From: Planctomycetales bacterium
Lineage (GTDB): Bacteria; Planctomycetota; Planctomycetia; Isosphaerales; Isosphaeraceae
Assembly (NCBI GenBank): GCA_027449865.1
Contig: DAIDKV010000004.1
Location: 8,253 to 72,252, forward strand
Direction: 5' to 3'
DNA length: 64,000 nucleotides
A program made the position numbers and the translations under genes. The notes beneath the pieces were generated by a model that worked only from the letters and a program-made list of their open reading frames with translations, did no database searches and was not told the DNA's origin. Below, piece after piece: positions 39,586 to 47,726 of the stretch; position 1 is the stretch's first letter, and every line of letters begins with the position of its first letter.

Positions 39586-40332
39586 TCAGAACGCGGCGGG
39601 GGCCGCGTTGGCGGTATCCTCGCCGGTGACCTCGTCCTGACCGCTGTAGAGAGCGGCGGCTCTCGGTCCGAGCACCAGCGAATTCAGGCTGTAGTCGATC
39701 TGGGAGATGAGGGCGCGGAGCGCCTCCTTCGATCCCTCGAAGATCAGTGCCACCTGGGTCGGACTGTTCTTGTCGCCATGGAACCGGACCATCACCTGCC
39801 GGTCGCCAAGATCGACCGTCGCCCCCTTGTACGAGACGCCCTTGCGGCCGTGCGCATTGGGATCGACCGGCTTGAGCTTCGCGGCGGTGAATTCCTCGGT
39901 GCTGTAAGTGATCTTGAGAAAATCCAGAACATCCGTCACGAAATCGCCGCGCGCGGCGGGCGCGGGTTGCTCGGGCCCCTGCGGGCCGGGCGCCTTCTTC
40001 GCCGGCGCCTTCGCCGCGTTACTCCGGGCGAGGATGTGCAGGCTGGCCGGCTTCTCGCCCGAGGCGATGAAGGTATCCGTCGCGTCAAACTTGCCGGGCT
40101 CAACCGCGTAGGCAAACTGGGTGGCCGGACCCTTCAGACCCTTCGGGGCCCGAAGGTAAATCTTCAGGGTCTCCAGGTTCGACTTGGCCGGAGGCGCCTC
40201 GGTGTTATTGTCGAGGTCCCGCCGATAGAGCATATTCTGGATGGTCCTCTCGACGCGAATGTCGTAGGACTGGGCGCATCCCATCGCCAGCGACAGGGAG
40301 GCGCCCGCCAGGAGCCCGAGAACCCTCTTCAT
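39586..40332 (-). CDS. hypothetical lipoprotein
   Basis: 248 aa with lipobox 'LAMGC' after 'MKRVLGLLAGASLS'. Ala/Pro/Lys-rich linker in the middle. Confidence 0.7.
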   Translation of the reverse strand: MKRVLGLLAGASLSLAMGCAQSYDIRVERTIQNMLYRRDLDNNTEAPPAKSNLETLKIYLRAPKGLKGPATQFAYAVEPGKFDATDTFIASGEKPASLHILARSNAAKAPAKKAPGPQGPEQPAPAARGDFVTDVLDFLKITYSTEEFTAAKLKPVDPNAHGRKGVSYKGATVDLGDRQVMVRFHGDKNSPTQVALIFEGSKEALRALISQIDYSLNSLVLGPRAAALYSGQDEVTGEDTANAAPAAF

Positions 40333-40477
40333 CGTTTACCTCTTCGTGGCTGGGGCCGGGCCGGCGGCCCGTTGCATCGGCTTTCGGATGGCGGTGATCG
40401 GTATCGCGTCCCATGGTCAACACGAACGGGCCGGAAGTCAAGGCACACGCCCCGCCCCAGATCGAATCGAGGCCGAG

Positions 40478-40864
40478 ATGTCCGCCGAGGATCCATCCGA
40501 GAAGCAAACCGCCGGCTCGGACGAGTCGTCCCCCATCCAGCGAACCGCCGGAGTCGTCCAGATCATCGCCCTGGTCAAACCCTTCCGCGCCCAGGCCGTG
40601 CTCGACGCCCTGGCGAACGTCGGCGTGCTCGGCGGCTCCGTCCGCGAGGCCATGGGCTATGGCCGACAGAAGAACCGGCTCCATCAGTACCTCGGCAGCG
40701 AATACAACACCTCGTTCGTGCCGAAGGTCGAACTCTCCGTCTTCGTCGTCGAGTCGGCCGTCCCCGCCGCGATCCGGGCCATCGTCGGCCAGGCTCGAAC
40801 CGGCCGGATCGGCGACGGCAAGATCCTCGTCCTTCCCTGCGCCGGCGATTTCCTGAGCTGGTAA
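40478..40864 (+). CDS. P-II family signal-transduction protein
   Basis: 'IIALVKPFRAQAVLDAL', T-loop 'GYGRQKNRLHQYLGSEY', 'PKVELSVFV', 'TGRIGDGKILVLP'. Carries a ~25-aa N-terminal extension. Confidence 0.8.
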   Translation: MSAEDPSEKQTAGSDESSPIQRTAGVVQIIALVKPFRAQAVLDALANVGVLGGSVREAMGYGRQKNRLHQYLGSEYNTSFVPKVELSVFVVESAVPAAIRAIVGQARTGRIGDGKILVLPCAGDFLSW

Positions 40865-40898
40865 CATCTCAAGATCGCCCGCCCAGCCTCACCCACCG

Positions 40899-41729
40899 TC
40901 AATGAGGCGTGTTGATCCAGAGAACCCGGCGGAAACGCGGCGGATTCTCGTGAGACTCCAGGTCAATCAGCCGCTGCTGAGGCACAGCCCCGGGATTCTC
41001 GGCGCGGAGCAGCGCATACCGCCCGCAGTGCTGGAACCACCGGACAACCGGCTGACCCTCGATCCAGGCAATGACCAGCTTGTCGTGGAGATGCTCGGGA
41101 GCCTCGTCGACAGCCGAGTACGCGACCGAGGCTCCGTCGGCCACGACCGGAACCATCGCGTCGCCCACAACATCAATGCAGCGCCCCTCGCGACGGGCCG
41201 CCAGCCACTCCGATCGAGCCGACACATTGGCCTCGCTCGGCGCCAGGGCTCCGTTTTCATGGACATATCCTCCACGATCGAGCGGTCGCCCGATCCCCGA
41301 GACCGAAGGCTCGCTCGATACCGACGAAACCCACGTCGGTTCCTCGAGCACCTTCGGCTCCGAGCCCGCCTGCCCCTCCAGAAGCTGAAGGGCCGTCCGA
41401 AGCAGGGCATGAACCGTCATCGCCGGACTGGAACCCGACTCCGACCGGTCCCCCATCCCCTGACCAAGACCCTGACGATACTTCGACCCCTGGCCGTGAA
41501 GCAGCCAGCCCGGCTCGATCGAGGTCAGCTCAATGATCTTGAGAATCACCTCGGCCGGTACCGTCACACCCGCCTCATAGTTGTACCACGTTCGGACGGG
41601 GATACCCAGCCTCCGGGCCATCTCCGGTCCACCCCGCTCGCCATAGAGCTCCGAGCGCAAACTCGCGAGCCGCTCGGCAAGGGCCAGCTTTGCACGCACC
41701 GACTCCGGTAAGGTCTTTCGACGAGCCAT
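40899..41729 (-). CDS. XRE-type HTH + S24 (LexA/CI-like) domain regulator with substituted catalytic dyad
   Basis: HTH '[29 protein letters not shown]'. The C-terminal S24 fold shows '[16 protein letters not shown]' (GDSM changed to GDAM) and 'GQPVVRWF' (Arg in the Lys position). Confidence 0.75.
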   Translation of the reverse strand: MARRKTLPESVRAKLALAERLASLRSELYGERGGPEMARRLGIPVRTWYNYEAGVTVPAEVILKIIELTSIEPGWLLHGQGSKYRQGLGQGMGDRSESGSSPAMTVHALLRTALQLLEGQAGSEPKVLEEPTWVSSVSSEPSVSGIGRPLDRGGYVHENGALAPSEANVSARSEWLAARREGRCIDVVGDAMVPVVADGASVAYSAVDEAPEHLHDKLVIAWIEGQPVVRWFQHCGRYALLRAENPGAVPQQRLIDLESHENPPRFRRVLWINTPH

Positions 41730-42053
41730 GAAGGGAATCCCAGAAAGATGGAGAGGAAATTTCTCCCTGCTCTCGCAACTCGCACATCACCTTATCATTC
41801 TTACAGCTATTTAAAGCGTTTTCTCCGAAAAAATCAACAGACTCCACGGGGCCTCGACGATTTTTCCTCGCCGCCCGCCCGATACGTTTCCCAAAAGCAA
41901 CAGAGGGGCGTCTCGCGATGCGGCCAGCAACCGTTGGAATGCCTGGAAGGACAATCCACGAGACTGGGAAAACCGAGCAGCTGACCGCTTCGGCCCGAAT
42001 GGAGGCGGATTCCAGGTTTTTCCAGGTGGCTCTCCCCCTTTTGGCGGGATCTT

Positions 42054-42650
42054 TTACTCCTCGTCAAGATCGAGATCCATCAGAAACGCGGCGACGGCGT
42101 CGTCATCTTCCTTTTTCACGGCCGGCTTGGAGGAAGCAGGCCGGGCGGGAGCCGGCTCCTCGGCCCCGGAATGCAAGGCGGCGGAGGCTTTGGGCTCCTC
42201 CTCCAGTGGGATCGATTCCACCTCCTCGCCGGGCGTTCCCTCGTCGAACTCGATCTCGAATTCCTCGTCGTCCCCCACGGCGACCGCCTCGACCACGGCC
42301 GTATCCCCAGCCTTCGGCGCCGCGGCTCCCTGCGGATGCGAGGCGGGAACCGGCTGGCCAAGTGTCGCCACACGAAGCGTGACCGACCCCACCGTCAGCT
42401 CATCCCCCACCTTCAACGCCTGCTGACCCAGCACCCGCTTGCCATTGACAAACGTCCCGTTCGAGCTACCGAGGTCGCGCACCGTGAGCGTCCCGCTGGC
42501 CTCGTGTAGCTCGCAATGCCGACGGCTTACCTGCGACGACTTGATCCGGATCAGGCAATCATCATGACGCCCAACGCTCGTCACACCGTCGCCCAGACGT
42601 AACGTCGTCGTCGCACTCCGACCCCGGACGACTTGAAGTACGTAGTTCAT
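42054..42650 (-). CDS. FHA domain-containing protein
   Basis: 'TSVGRHDDCLIRIKSSQVSRRHCEL......VRDLGSSNGTFVNGKRV', followed by an acidic/Pro-rich tail. Confidence 0.87.
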   Translation of the reverse strand: MNYVLQVVRGRSATTTLRLGDGVTSVGRHDDCLIRIKSSQVSRRHCELHEASGTLTVRDLGSSNGTFVNGKRVLGQQALKVGDELTVGSVTLRVATLGQPVPASHPQGAAAPKAGDTAVVEAVAVGDDEEFEIEFDEGTPGEEVESIPLEEEPKASAALHSGAEEPAPARPASSKPAVKKEDDDAVAAFLMDLDLDEE

Positions 42651-42937
42651 CGTGGCTCATTCCCAAGTGAAGACGCCCGACTCGTCGGCTCTCTTCGACG
42701 ATGTGTATTCAAAAACAGATTATCCTGCCGACGCCACCGACGCAAATAGAGGAGACGAAAACCGCCCGCCAGCGCTCGATCGATCCGCTCGTGATCCCCC
42801 GGCCATTCGCCTCGCTGAGGATTCTGGGAAGACGGCTTGAAATCCAGGGTCGGGGCGCTATACTGGGAAGTCGGCCGGACGATCAGGGCCGTCGGGAGCC
42901 TTTTCCCGACTTCAAGCCCCTTTCGTTCCGGGTTGCC

Positions 42938-43009
42938 GCGGGAGTAGCTCAGGGGTAGAGCACCACGTTGCCAACGTGGGTGTCGAGGGTTCAAATCCCT
43001 TCTCCCGCT
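42938..43009 (+). tRNA. tRNA-Gly (anticodon GCC)
   Basis: Acceptor GCGGGAG/CTCCCGC, D-arm GCTC..GAGC, anticodon stem CCACG/CGTGG with loop TTGCCAA, T-arm GAGGG-TTCAAAT-CCCTT. 72 nt. Confidence 0.93.
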
Positions 43010-43116
43010 CTGGATCGATGCCATCTCGGGTTGGCGGCTTTCGCTCGAGCGCGTAGGTTGCGTGTGGCGGACCCGAAGCCATCCCAACCTGGTGTCACGG
43101 CGAGAGGAAGCCTTTG

Positions 43117-44631
43117 ATGAGCAGCGTGGAAGAGGATCGCGACGGTGGGACCGCCGTCACGGTTGGCGACGATTCGACCGAGACCGCCAAGCGCAAGCTG
43201 GAGATGGAGGTCGACATCCGCGATGTCGGCCCGTGCAAGAAGCACGTGAAGGTCTCTATCCCTCGATCCGAAATCGATCGTCAATTCGACGAATCGCTTC
43301 AGGACTTCGGCAAGGACGTGGCCGTCCCCGGCTTCCGGCCCGGCCGGGCTCCCCGTCAGCTTGTGATCAAGCGGTTCAAGAAGCAGGTCAGCGATCAGGT
43401 CAAGTCCTCCTTGCTGATGGCCTCGCTCGAACAGCTCGACGCCGATTACAAGCTCGACCCGATCACTCAGCCCCAGCTTGACCCGGCGGCCATCGAATTG
43501 CCCGAAACCGGGCCGATGAATTTCGAGATCGATGTCGAGGTCCGTCCTCAGTTCGATCTCCCCGAATTCAAGGGTTTGCACCTGAAGCGCCCGGTCCGTC
43601 CCATCGGCGAGACCGAAATCGAGGCGCAAACCAAATCCTACCTCGAACGGCACGGCCAGATGGTGCCGAAACTCGAGGGAGACGCCGAACTCGGCGACTT
43701 CGTCACGGCCGACCTGGTCTTCTTCCGCCCCGATGGAAGCACCCTCAGCGAGGTCAAGGAAATCCAGTTCCGGCTCCAGCCCGAACTCCGGTTCCGCGAC
43801 GGCTCCATCCCCAGGCTGGGTGAGACCCTCGTCGGTGCCAAACCCGGCGAGACGCGAAAGGGCGAGGCGAATCTGGGAACCTCCACAGGCGAGGTCGCTC
43901 TCCGAGGCGCCACGGTTCCCGTCGAGATTCGGCTCCACGACCTCAAGCAGATCCGCCTCCCCGAGATCAATACCTCGTTCCTGAACTCGATCGGTTTCTT
44001 GAGCCTCGAAGAACTGCGAGAGGCCGTGCAGGAAGCCCTCCAGCGCCGGGCGGAGACCCAGCAGCGGCAGTCCCTCCGCCGCCAGATCCTCGATCAACTC
44101 CTGGAGAAGACGCCGTTCGACCTTCCCGCGGACCTCGTCCGTCGTGAAGAGCAGGGGACCATCCGCCGGCTGGTCGCCGATCTTCGGGCCGAAGGGATCG
44201 ACGATAACGAGATCCGGGCGAGCGAGGCCGCGATCCGGGCCAATGCCCACGAATCCACCCTCCGGTCGCTCAAGGAACTGCTCCTGCTCTCCCGGATCGC
44301 CGAGGCCGAGGATCTGGAGGTCGATGCCGATGATCTCGAGATCGAGATCGAGTCAATCGCTGAACGAACCGGCGAGAGCCCCCGCCGAATCCGATCCCGG
44401 CTGGAGAAGGAGGGGACCCTCCAGCAGTACAGCACTCAGATCCTCGAGCGGAAGGTGATCGATCATATCCTCCAGTTGAGCCACGTGGAGGACGATCTCA
44501 CCGCCGCGGCCACGACGGAGGAGTCGGTCGAGACGGTCGACCACGCCGCGGCCGAACCCGATCCCAACGGCGAGGCCGAGGGCGACGTCGAGCCTGGAGA
44601 CGCCCCCCCAACCGTCTCGGACGAGGCCTGA
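43117..44631 (+). CDS. tig: trigger factor
   Basis: 'VKVSIPRSEIDRQFDESLQDFGKDVAVPGFRPGRAPRQLVIKRF' (ribosome-binding GFRxGxxP motif). Length and domain order fit Tig. GAGAGGAAG RBS. Confidence 0.9.
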   Translation: MSSVEEDRDGGTAVTVGDDSTETAKRKLEMEVDIRDVGPCKKHVKVSIPRSEIDRQFDESLQDFGKDVAVPGFRPGRAPRQLVIKRFKKQVSDQVKSSLLMASLEQLDADYKLDPITQPQLDPAAIELPETGPMNFEIDVEVRPQFDLPEFKGLHLKRPVRPIGETEIEAQTKSYLERHGQMVPKLEGDAELGDFVTADLVFFRPDGSTLSEVKEIQFRLQPELRFRDGSIPRLGETLVGAKPGETRKGEANLGTSTGEVALRGATVPVEIRLHDLKQIRLPEINTSFLNSIGFLSLEELREAVQEALQRRAETQQRQSLRRQILDQLLEKTPFDLPADLVRREEQGTIRRLVADLRAEGIDDNEIRASEAAIRANAHESTLRSLKELLLLSRIAEAEDLEVDADDLEIEIESIAERTGESPRRIRSRLEKEGTLQQYSTQILERKVIDHILQLSHVEDDLTAAATTEESVETVDHAAAEPDPNGEAEGDVEPGDAPPTVSDEA

Positions 44632-44713
44632 TCGGGAAGCCAGGCCCCGGCCCCGGCACTACAATATTCAGGTGGGCCGCCGATCCGATCCAATCGAGAG
44701 CGGCGGCTCCGCC

Positions 44714-44768
44714 GTTCTCGGCCAGAACCGATCGGCCCGCCACCAAACCGGCGCCACCGGCCGAGAAC
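44714..44768 (+). promoter_or_regulatory. stem-loop in the clpP leader
   Basis: Perfect 10-bp inverted repeat GTTCTCGGCC (44714-44723) / GGCCGAGAAC (44759-44768), 35-nt loop, ending 37 nt before the clpP ATG. Confidence 0.25.
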
Positions 44769-44805
44769 GACCGAACCCGGACGCGACCCCTTCAAGGACT
44801 GCGCC

Positions 44806-45438
44806 ATGCCCCTAGAACCTCCGCTCGCCGACCCGCTGCTCCAGCGCTACCGCGACTACGCGCGCCAGCGGCAGATGACGCTCGGGGACCTGCTCCTCGA
44901 AAACCGGATCGTCTTCCTCGAAGGCGTCATCAACGACGCGGTCGCCAACCTCGCCGTGATGAAATTCCTCTTCCTCCAGTACGAAAACCGGACGCAGGGG
45001 ATCAGCTTCTACATCAACAGCCCCGGTGGTAGCGTCACCAGCACGCTGGCGATCTACGACACGATGCAGTTCATCGAGTGCCCGATCGCGACGTACTGCA
45101 TCGGCCTGGCTGCCTCGGGCGCCGCGGTCCTGCTCGCCGGCGGCACCAAGGGGAAGCGGTTCGCCCTGCCCCACTCGAAAATCATGATCCACCAGCCTTA
45201 CGGCCAGGTGGGAGGCCAGGTCTCCGACATCGAAATCCAGGCCGAGGAGATCGTCAAGAGCAAGCAGACGATCAACGAAATCCTCGCCCGCCACACCGGC
45301 CAGCCGATCGAGCGCGTCGCCCGAGATACCGAGCGCGACCGCTACCTCAACGCCACCCAGGCCAAGGAATATGGCCTGGTCGACGAGGTCGTCGGCCGGA
45401 TCACCACCGACAAGGACCGGCCGGTCTCCGTGACCTGA
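44806..45438 (+). CDS. clpP: ATP-dependent Clp protease proteolytic subunit (paralogue 1)
   Basis: '[20 protein letters not shown]', Ser in 'GLAASGAAVL', His in 'IMIHQP', Asp in 'RDTERDRYL'. Confidence 0.9.
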   Translation: MPLEPPLADPLLQRYRDYARQRQMTLGDLLLENRIVFLEGVINDAVANLAVMKFLFLQYENRTQGISFYINSPGGSVTSTLAIYDTMQFIECPIATYCIGLAASGAAVLLAGGTKGKRFALPHSKIMIHQPYGQVGGQVSDIEIQAEEIVKSKQTINEILARHTGQPIERVARDTERDRYLNATQAKEYGLVDEVVGRITTDKDRPVSVT

Positions 45439-45557
45439 TCTGAGCCAGCCGGTTCCGCCGCGACAACTGACTTCCACCGCCAATCGCGAGCGAGCTTCCA
45501 TCGCCGACCCGGAGCGACGGCCCGCCCGTCGGCTCCCTTTCTCGAAGGGCGCCTCCC

Positions 45558-46172
45558 ATGCCACTGGTCCCGATCGTCATCGAGCGAAGCGGCCGCGAAG
45601 AGCGGGCGATGGATATTTACTCCCGCCTGCTCCAGGACCGCATCATCATCCTGGGCACCGCGATCGACGACAACGTCTCGAACCTCGTCGTCGCGCAGAT
45701 GCTGGTCCTGGCCCACCAGGACCCCAAGGCCGATATCCACCTTTACATCAACAGCCCAGGCGGGAGCGTCACCGCCGGCCTGGCGATCTACGACACGATG
45801 CAATGGGTCTCCTGCGACGTGCAGACCTATTGCATCGGTCAGTGCGCCAGCATGGGCTCGCTCCTGCTCTGCGCGGGTGCCAAGGGGAAGCGAAACGCCC
45901 TGCCGCACGGCCGAATCATGATCCACCAGCCACTCGCCGGGATGGAAGGGACGGCCACCGACATCATGATCCATGCGGAAGAATTCATCCGCATGAAGAA
46001 GCAGCTCAACGGAATTTACCAGAAGCACACCGGGCAATCGCTGGAGCGGCTCCAGGACGACACCGACCGCGACCGATTCATGTCGCCCGAGGAAGCGCGC
46101 GAATACGGCCTGATCGACAACGTCGTGGACCGAGAGCCCGCGATCCCGCTCAACCCGAACCCGGTCCCCTGA
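45558..46172 (+). CDS. clpP: ATP-dependent Clp protease proteolytic subunit (paralogue 2)
   Basis: '[20 protein letters not shown]', '[11 protein letters not shown]', 'IMIHQP', 'DTDRDRFM'. Confidence 0.9.
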   Translation: MPLVPIVIERSGREERAMDIYSRLLQDRIIILGTAIDDNVSNLVVAQMLVLAHQDPKADIHLYINSPGGSVTAGLAIYDTMQWVSCDVQTYCIGQCASMGSLLLCAGAKGKRNALPHGRIMIHQPLAGMEGTATDIMIHAEEFIRMKKQLNGIYQKHTGQSLERLQDDTDRDRFMSPEEAREYGLIDNVVDREPAIPLNPNPVP

Positions 46173-47716
46173 TGAGACGACATCCGACAACCGCCCTCCT
46201 GGCCATGCTGACCGCCGCCCTTCCCATCTCGGTCTCGGCCGGTGATCGCGTCGAGACGACCCGGGGCCTGGTCGAGGGGACGACCGGCCCCGTCGGCGTT
46301 CGGTCGTTCCTCGGCATCCCCTACGCCCGGCCGCCGATCGGCGACCTCCGATGGAAACCGCCGCAGCCCACCGAGCGCTGGGAGGGCGTCCGAAAGGCCG
46401 ACGCCTTCGGCCCACGCCCGATGCAGCGTCGGATCTTCGCCGACATGGTCTTCCGCTCGCCCGGAGTCTCGGAAGACTGCCTCTACCTCAACATCTGGAC
46501 GCCCGCCGCCACCGCCGCCGCCGAGCCCCGACCGGTCCTCGTCTACTTCTACGGCGGCGGTTTTGTCGCTGGAGACAGCTCCGAGCCTCGGTACGATGGC
46601 GCCGGCATGGCCCAGCGCGGGATCGTCGCGGTAACGGTCAACTACCGGCTCGGTGTCTTCGGCTTCCTCGCGCATCCCGACCTCACGAAGGAATCGCCGC
46701 ATCACTCCTCGGGCAATTACGGCCTGCTCGACCAGCACGCCGCGCTGGAGTGGGTGAGAGAAAACATCGCCCGCTTCGGCGGCGATCCGAGGCGGGTGAC
46801 GATCGCCGGTGAGTCGGCCGGGTCGATCTCGGTGAGTGCCCAGATGGCCTCGCCGCTCTCAAAGGGCCTCTTCGCCGGCGCCATCGCCGAGAGCGGCTCT
46901 CTGTTGCGAACGCTCGCGCCCGTCCCGCTCGCCGATGCGGAAAAGGCGGGCCTTCACCTGGCCGACGCGTTGCATGCCGGATCGATCGCCGATCTCCGCG
47001 CCATCCCGGCCGAGAAGCTACTTGAGGACGCTGCCACTTCGGGGGTCGGCCGGTTCCCGATCACGATCGACGGATACTTGCTCCCCCGCGAACCGGGCGC
47101 GATCTTCGAGGCTGGCGAGCAGGCGCATGTTCCGCTTCTGGTCGGCTGGAACACCGAGGAATCGGGCGCGGGTGCCATCCTGCGCGACCAGCCCCCGACC
47201 CGGGCGAACTTCGAAAAGGCGGTCCGGGCTCTCTACAAGGACCACGCCGACGAGGTCCTCTCGGCCTATCCGGGCGAAACCGAGGACGAGGTCCGCCAGG
47301 CGGCCACCGACCTGGCGAGCGACCGCTTCATCGCCTACGGCACCTGGAAGCTGGCCGACCTCCACGCCCAGACCGGCGGAAAGCCAGTCTATCGCTACCT
47401 CTACGCCCAGCCTCGTCCGGGCGCCCGAGGCGCGGTGCATTCCGCCGAGATCGAGTATGCCCTCGGCAACCTCGCGACGAACAAGGTCTACGCCTGGACG
47501 CCCGACGACTTCCGCGTCTCCGATCGGATGCAGGGATCCTTCGCCCGCTTCATCCAGACGGGCGACCCGAACGGCCCCGGCCTCCCGGAATGGCCGGCGC
47601 TCCAGAGCGGGGGTTCCGCGCAGTATCTTCGGATCGACGCTCATCCCCAGGCCGAGCCCGATCGGCACCGCAACCGCTACCTGCTGCTCGACCGGCTCCG
47701 TCAAGCGAAAGACTGA
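46172..47716 (+). CDS. type-B carboxylesterase/lipase family protein (secreted)
   Basis: Signal peptide, 'FLGIPYARPP', 'PVLVYFYGGGF', nucleophile 'IAGESAGS'. Its ATG shares one nucleotide with the clpP2 TGA. Confidence 0.85.
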   Translation: MRRHPTTALLAMLTAALPISVSAGDRVETTRGLVEGTTGPVGVRSFLGIPYARPPIGDLRWKPPQPTERWEGVRKADAFGPRPMQRRIFADMVFRSPGVSEDCLYLNIWTPAATAAAEPRPVLVYFYGGGFVAGDSSEPRYDGAGMAQRGIVAVTVNYRLGVFGFLAHPDLTKESPHHSSGNYGLLDQHAALEWVRENIARFGGDPRRVTIAGESAGSISVSAQMASPLSKGLFAGAIAESGSLLRTLAPVPLADAEKAGLHLADALHAGSIADLRAIPAEKLLEDAATSGVGRFPITIDGYLLPREPGAIFEAGEQAHVPLLVGWNTEESGAGAILRDQPPTRANFEKAVRALYKDHADEVLSAYPGETEDEVRQAATDLASDRFIAYGTWKLADLHAQTGGKPVYRYLYAQPRPGARGAVHSAEIEYALGNLATNKVYAWTPDDFRVSDRMQGSFARFIQTGDPNGPGLPEWPALQSGGSAQYLRIDAHPQAEPDRHRNRYLLLDRLRQAKD

Positions 47717-47726
47717 TCGCGGGCCA

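Noticed and set aside
40899-42650. Prophage remnant suggested by a CI/LexA-like repressor.
   Set aside because: No integrase, Cro/antirepressor, structural or lysis genes are nearby. The flanking genes are chromosomal types (P-II, FHA, tRNA-Gly, tig).
42647-43087. 146-aa minus-strand ORF.
   Set aside because: It overlaps tRNA-Gly(GCC) completely and has junk composition.
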